NCBI GenBank assembly: GCA_903813345.2
Contig: CAIIXF020000001.1
Coordinates: forward strand, 25,544,001 to 25,608,000
Length of the DNA stretch: 64,000 nt
Direction: 5' to 3'
Origin: Owenia fusiformis
Lineage: Eukaryota
Position numbers and translations under genes: made by a program. Shown here piece after piece: positions 63,784 to 64,000 of this stretch. Numbering within the stretch: position 1 is the stretch's first letter; each line of letters begins with the position of its first letter. Below the pieces are notes generated by a model. That model was not told where the DNA came from, searched no databases, and worked only from the letters and a program-made list of their open reading frames with translations.

Positions 63784-64000
63784 TTTAAGTTTGGATATTT
63801 CATCAAGACTAACATATATCTTTATTATCTACAAAGAAACCTCCTGGGTGAACATTATTTCAGCTGATATTCCTATTAAAACGTGGTTGATCTTAAAAAT
63901 CTATAAGTGGGACTCCCTTTATAGAAGCTTTGAACTGGATTTACACTTCTTAATGCTGAAATTGATATTTTATCCATACATTTTAAGAAAATAGTTATGT

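Noticed and set aside
48432-64000. Remaining 60-125 aa ORFs
   Set aside because: No recognisable domains; most overlap MITEs or AT-rich sequence and are of chance length.

Overview
AT-rich eukaryotic, probably invertebrate animal, genomic DNA. Bases 1-48376 are one tandem array of a 141-bp unit (about 343 copies, running off the left edge). On the minus strand it encodes a 47-aa repeat built from only Thr, Ala, Asp and Val (ADATTTV-ADTTT-ADAATTV-ADATT-ADVTTTV-ADTTTV-ADATT-ADTTA). The array lies in a giant exon (>48.4 kb) whose splice acceptor is at 48418 and which begins KYVSNKLAKRFRR|DVTVADTT..., so a furin-type site sits directly before the repeat. A phase-compatible upstream exon (57086-56666) supplies a signal peptide and a strongly basic region. 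The model is a secreted pre-pro-protein of >16,000 aa (>1.5 MDa before glycosylation): mucin-like but Pro/Ser-free and acidic, with its C-terminus outside the window. Three single-base insertions in the array look like consensus errors, and the 30-kb identical core makes the copy number uncertain. The intron and upstream DNA contain MITEs, a decayed LINE RT fragment, a Helentron-like element, an element with an internal region complementary to both its ends, and a perfect 3x62-bp repeat with CTCF-like motifs. The giant plus-strand ORFs are antisense shadows.
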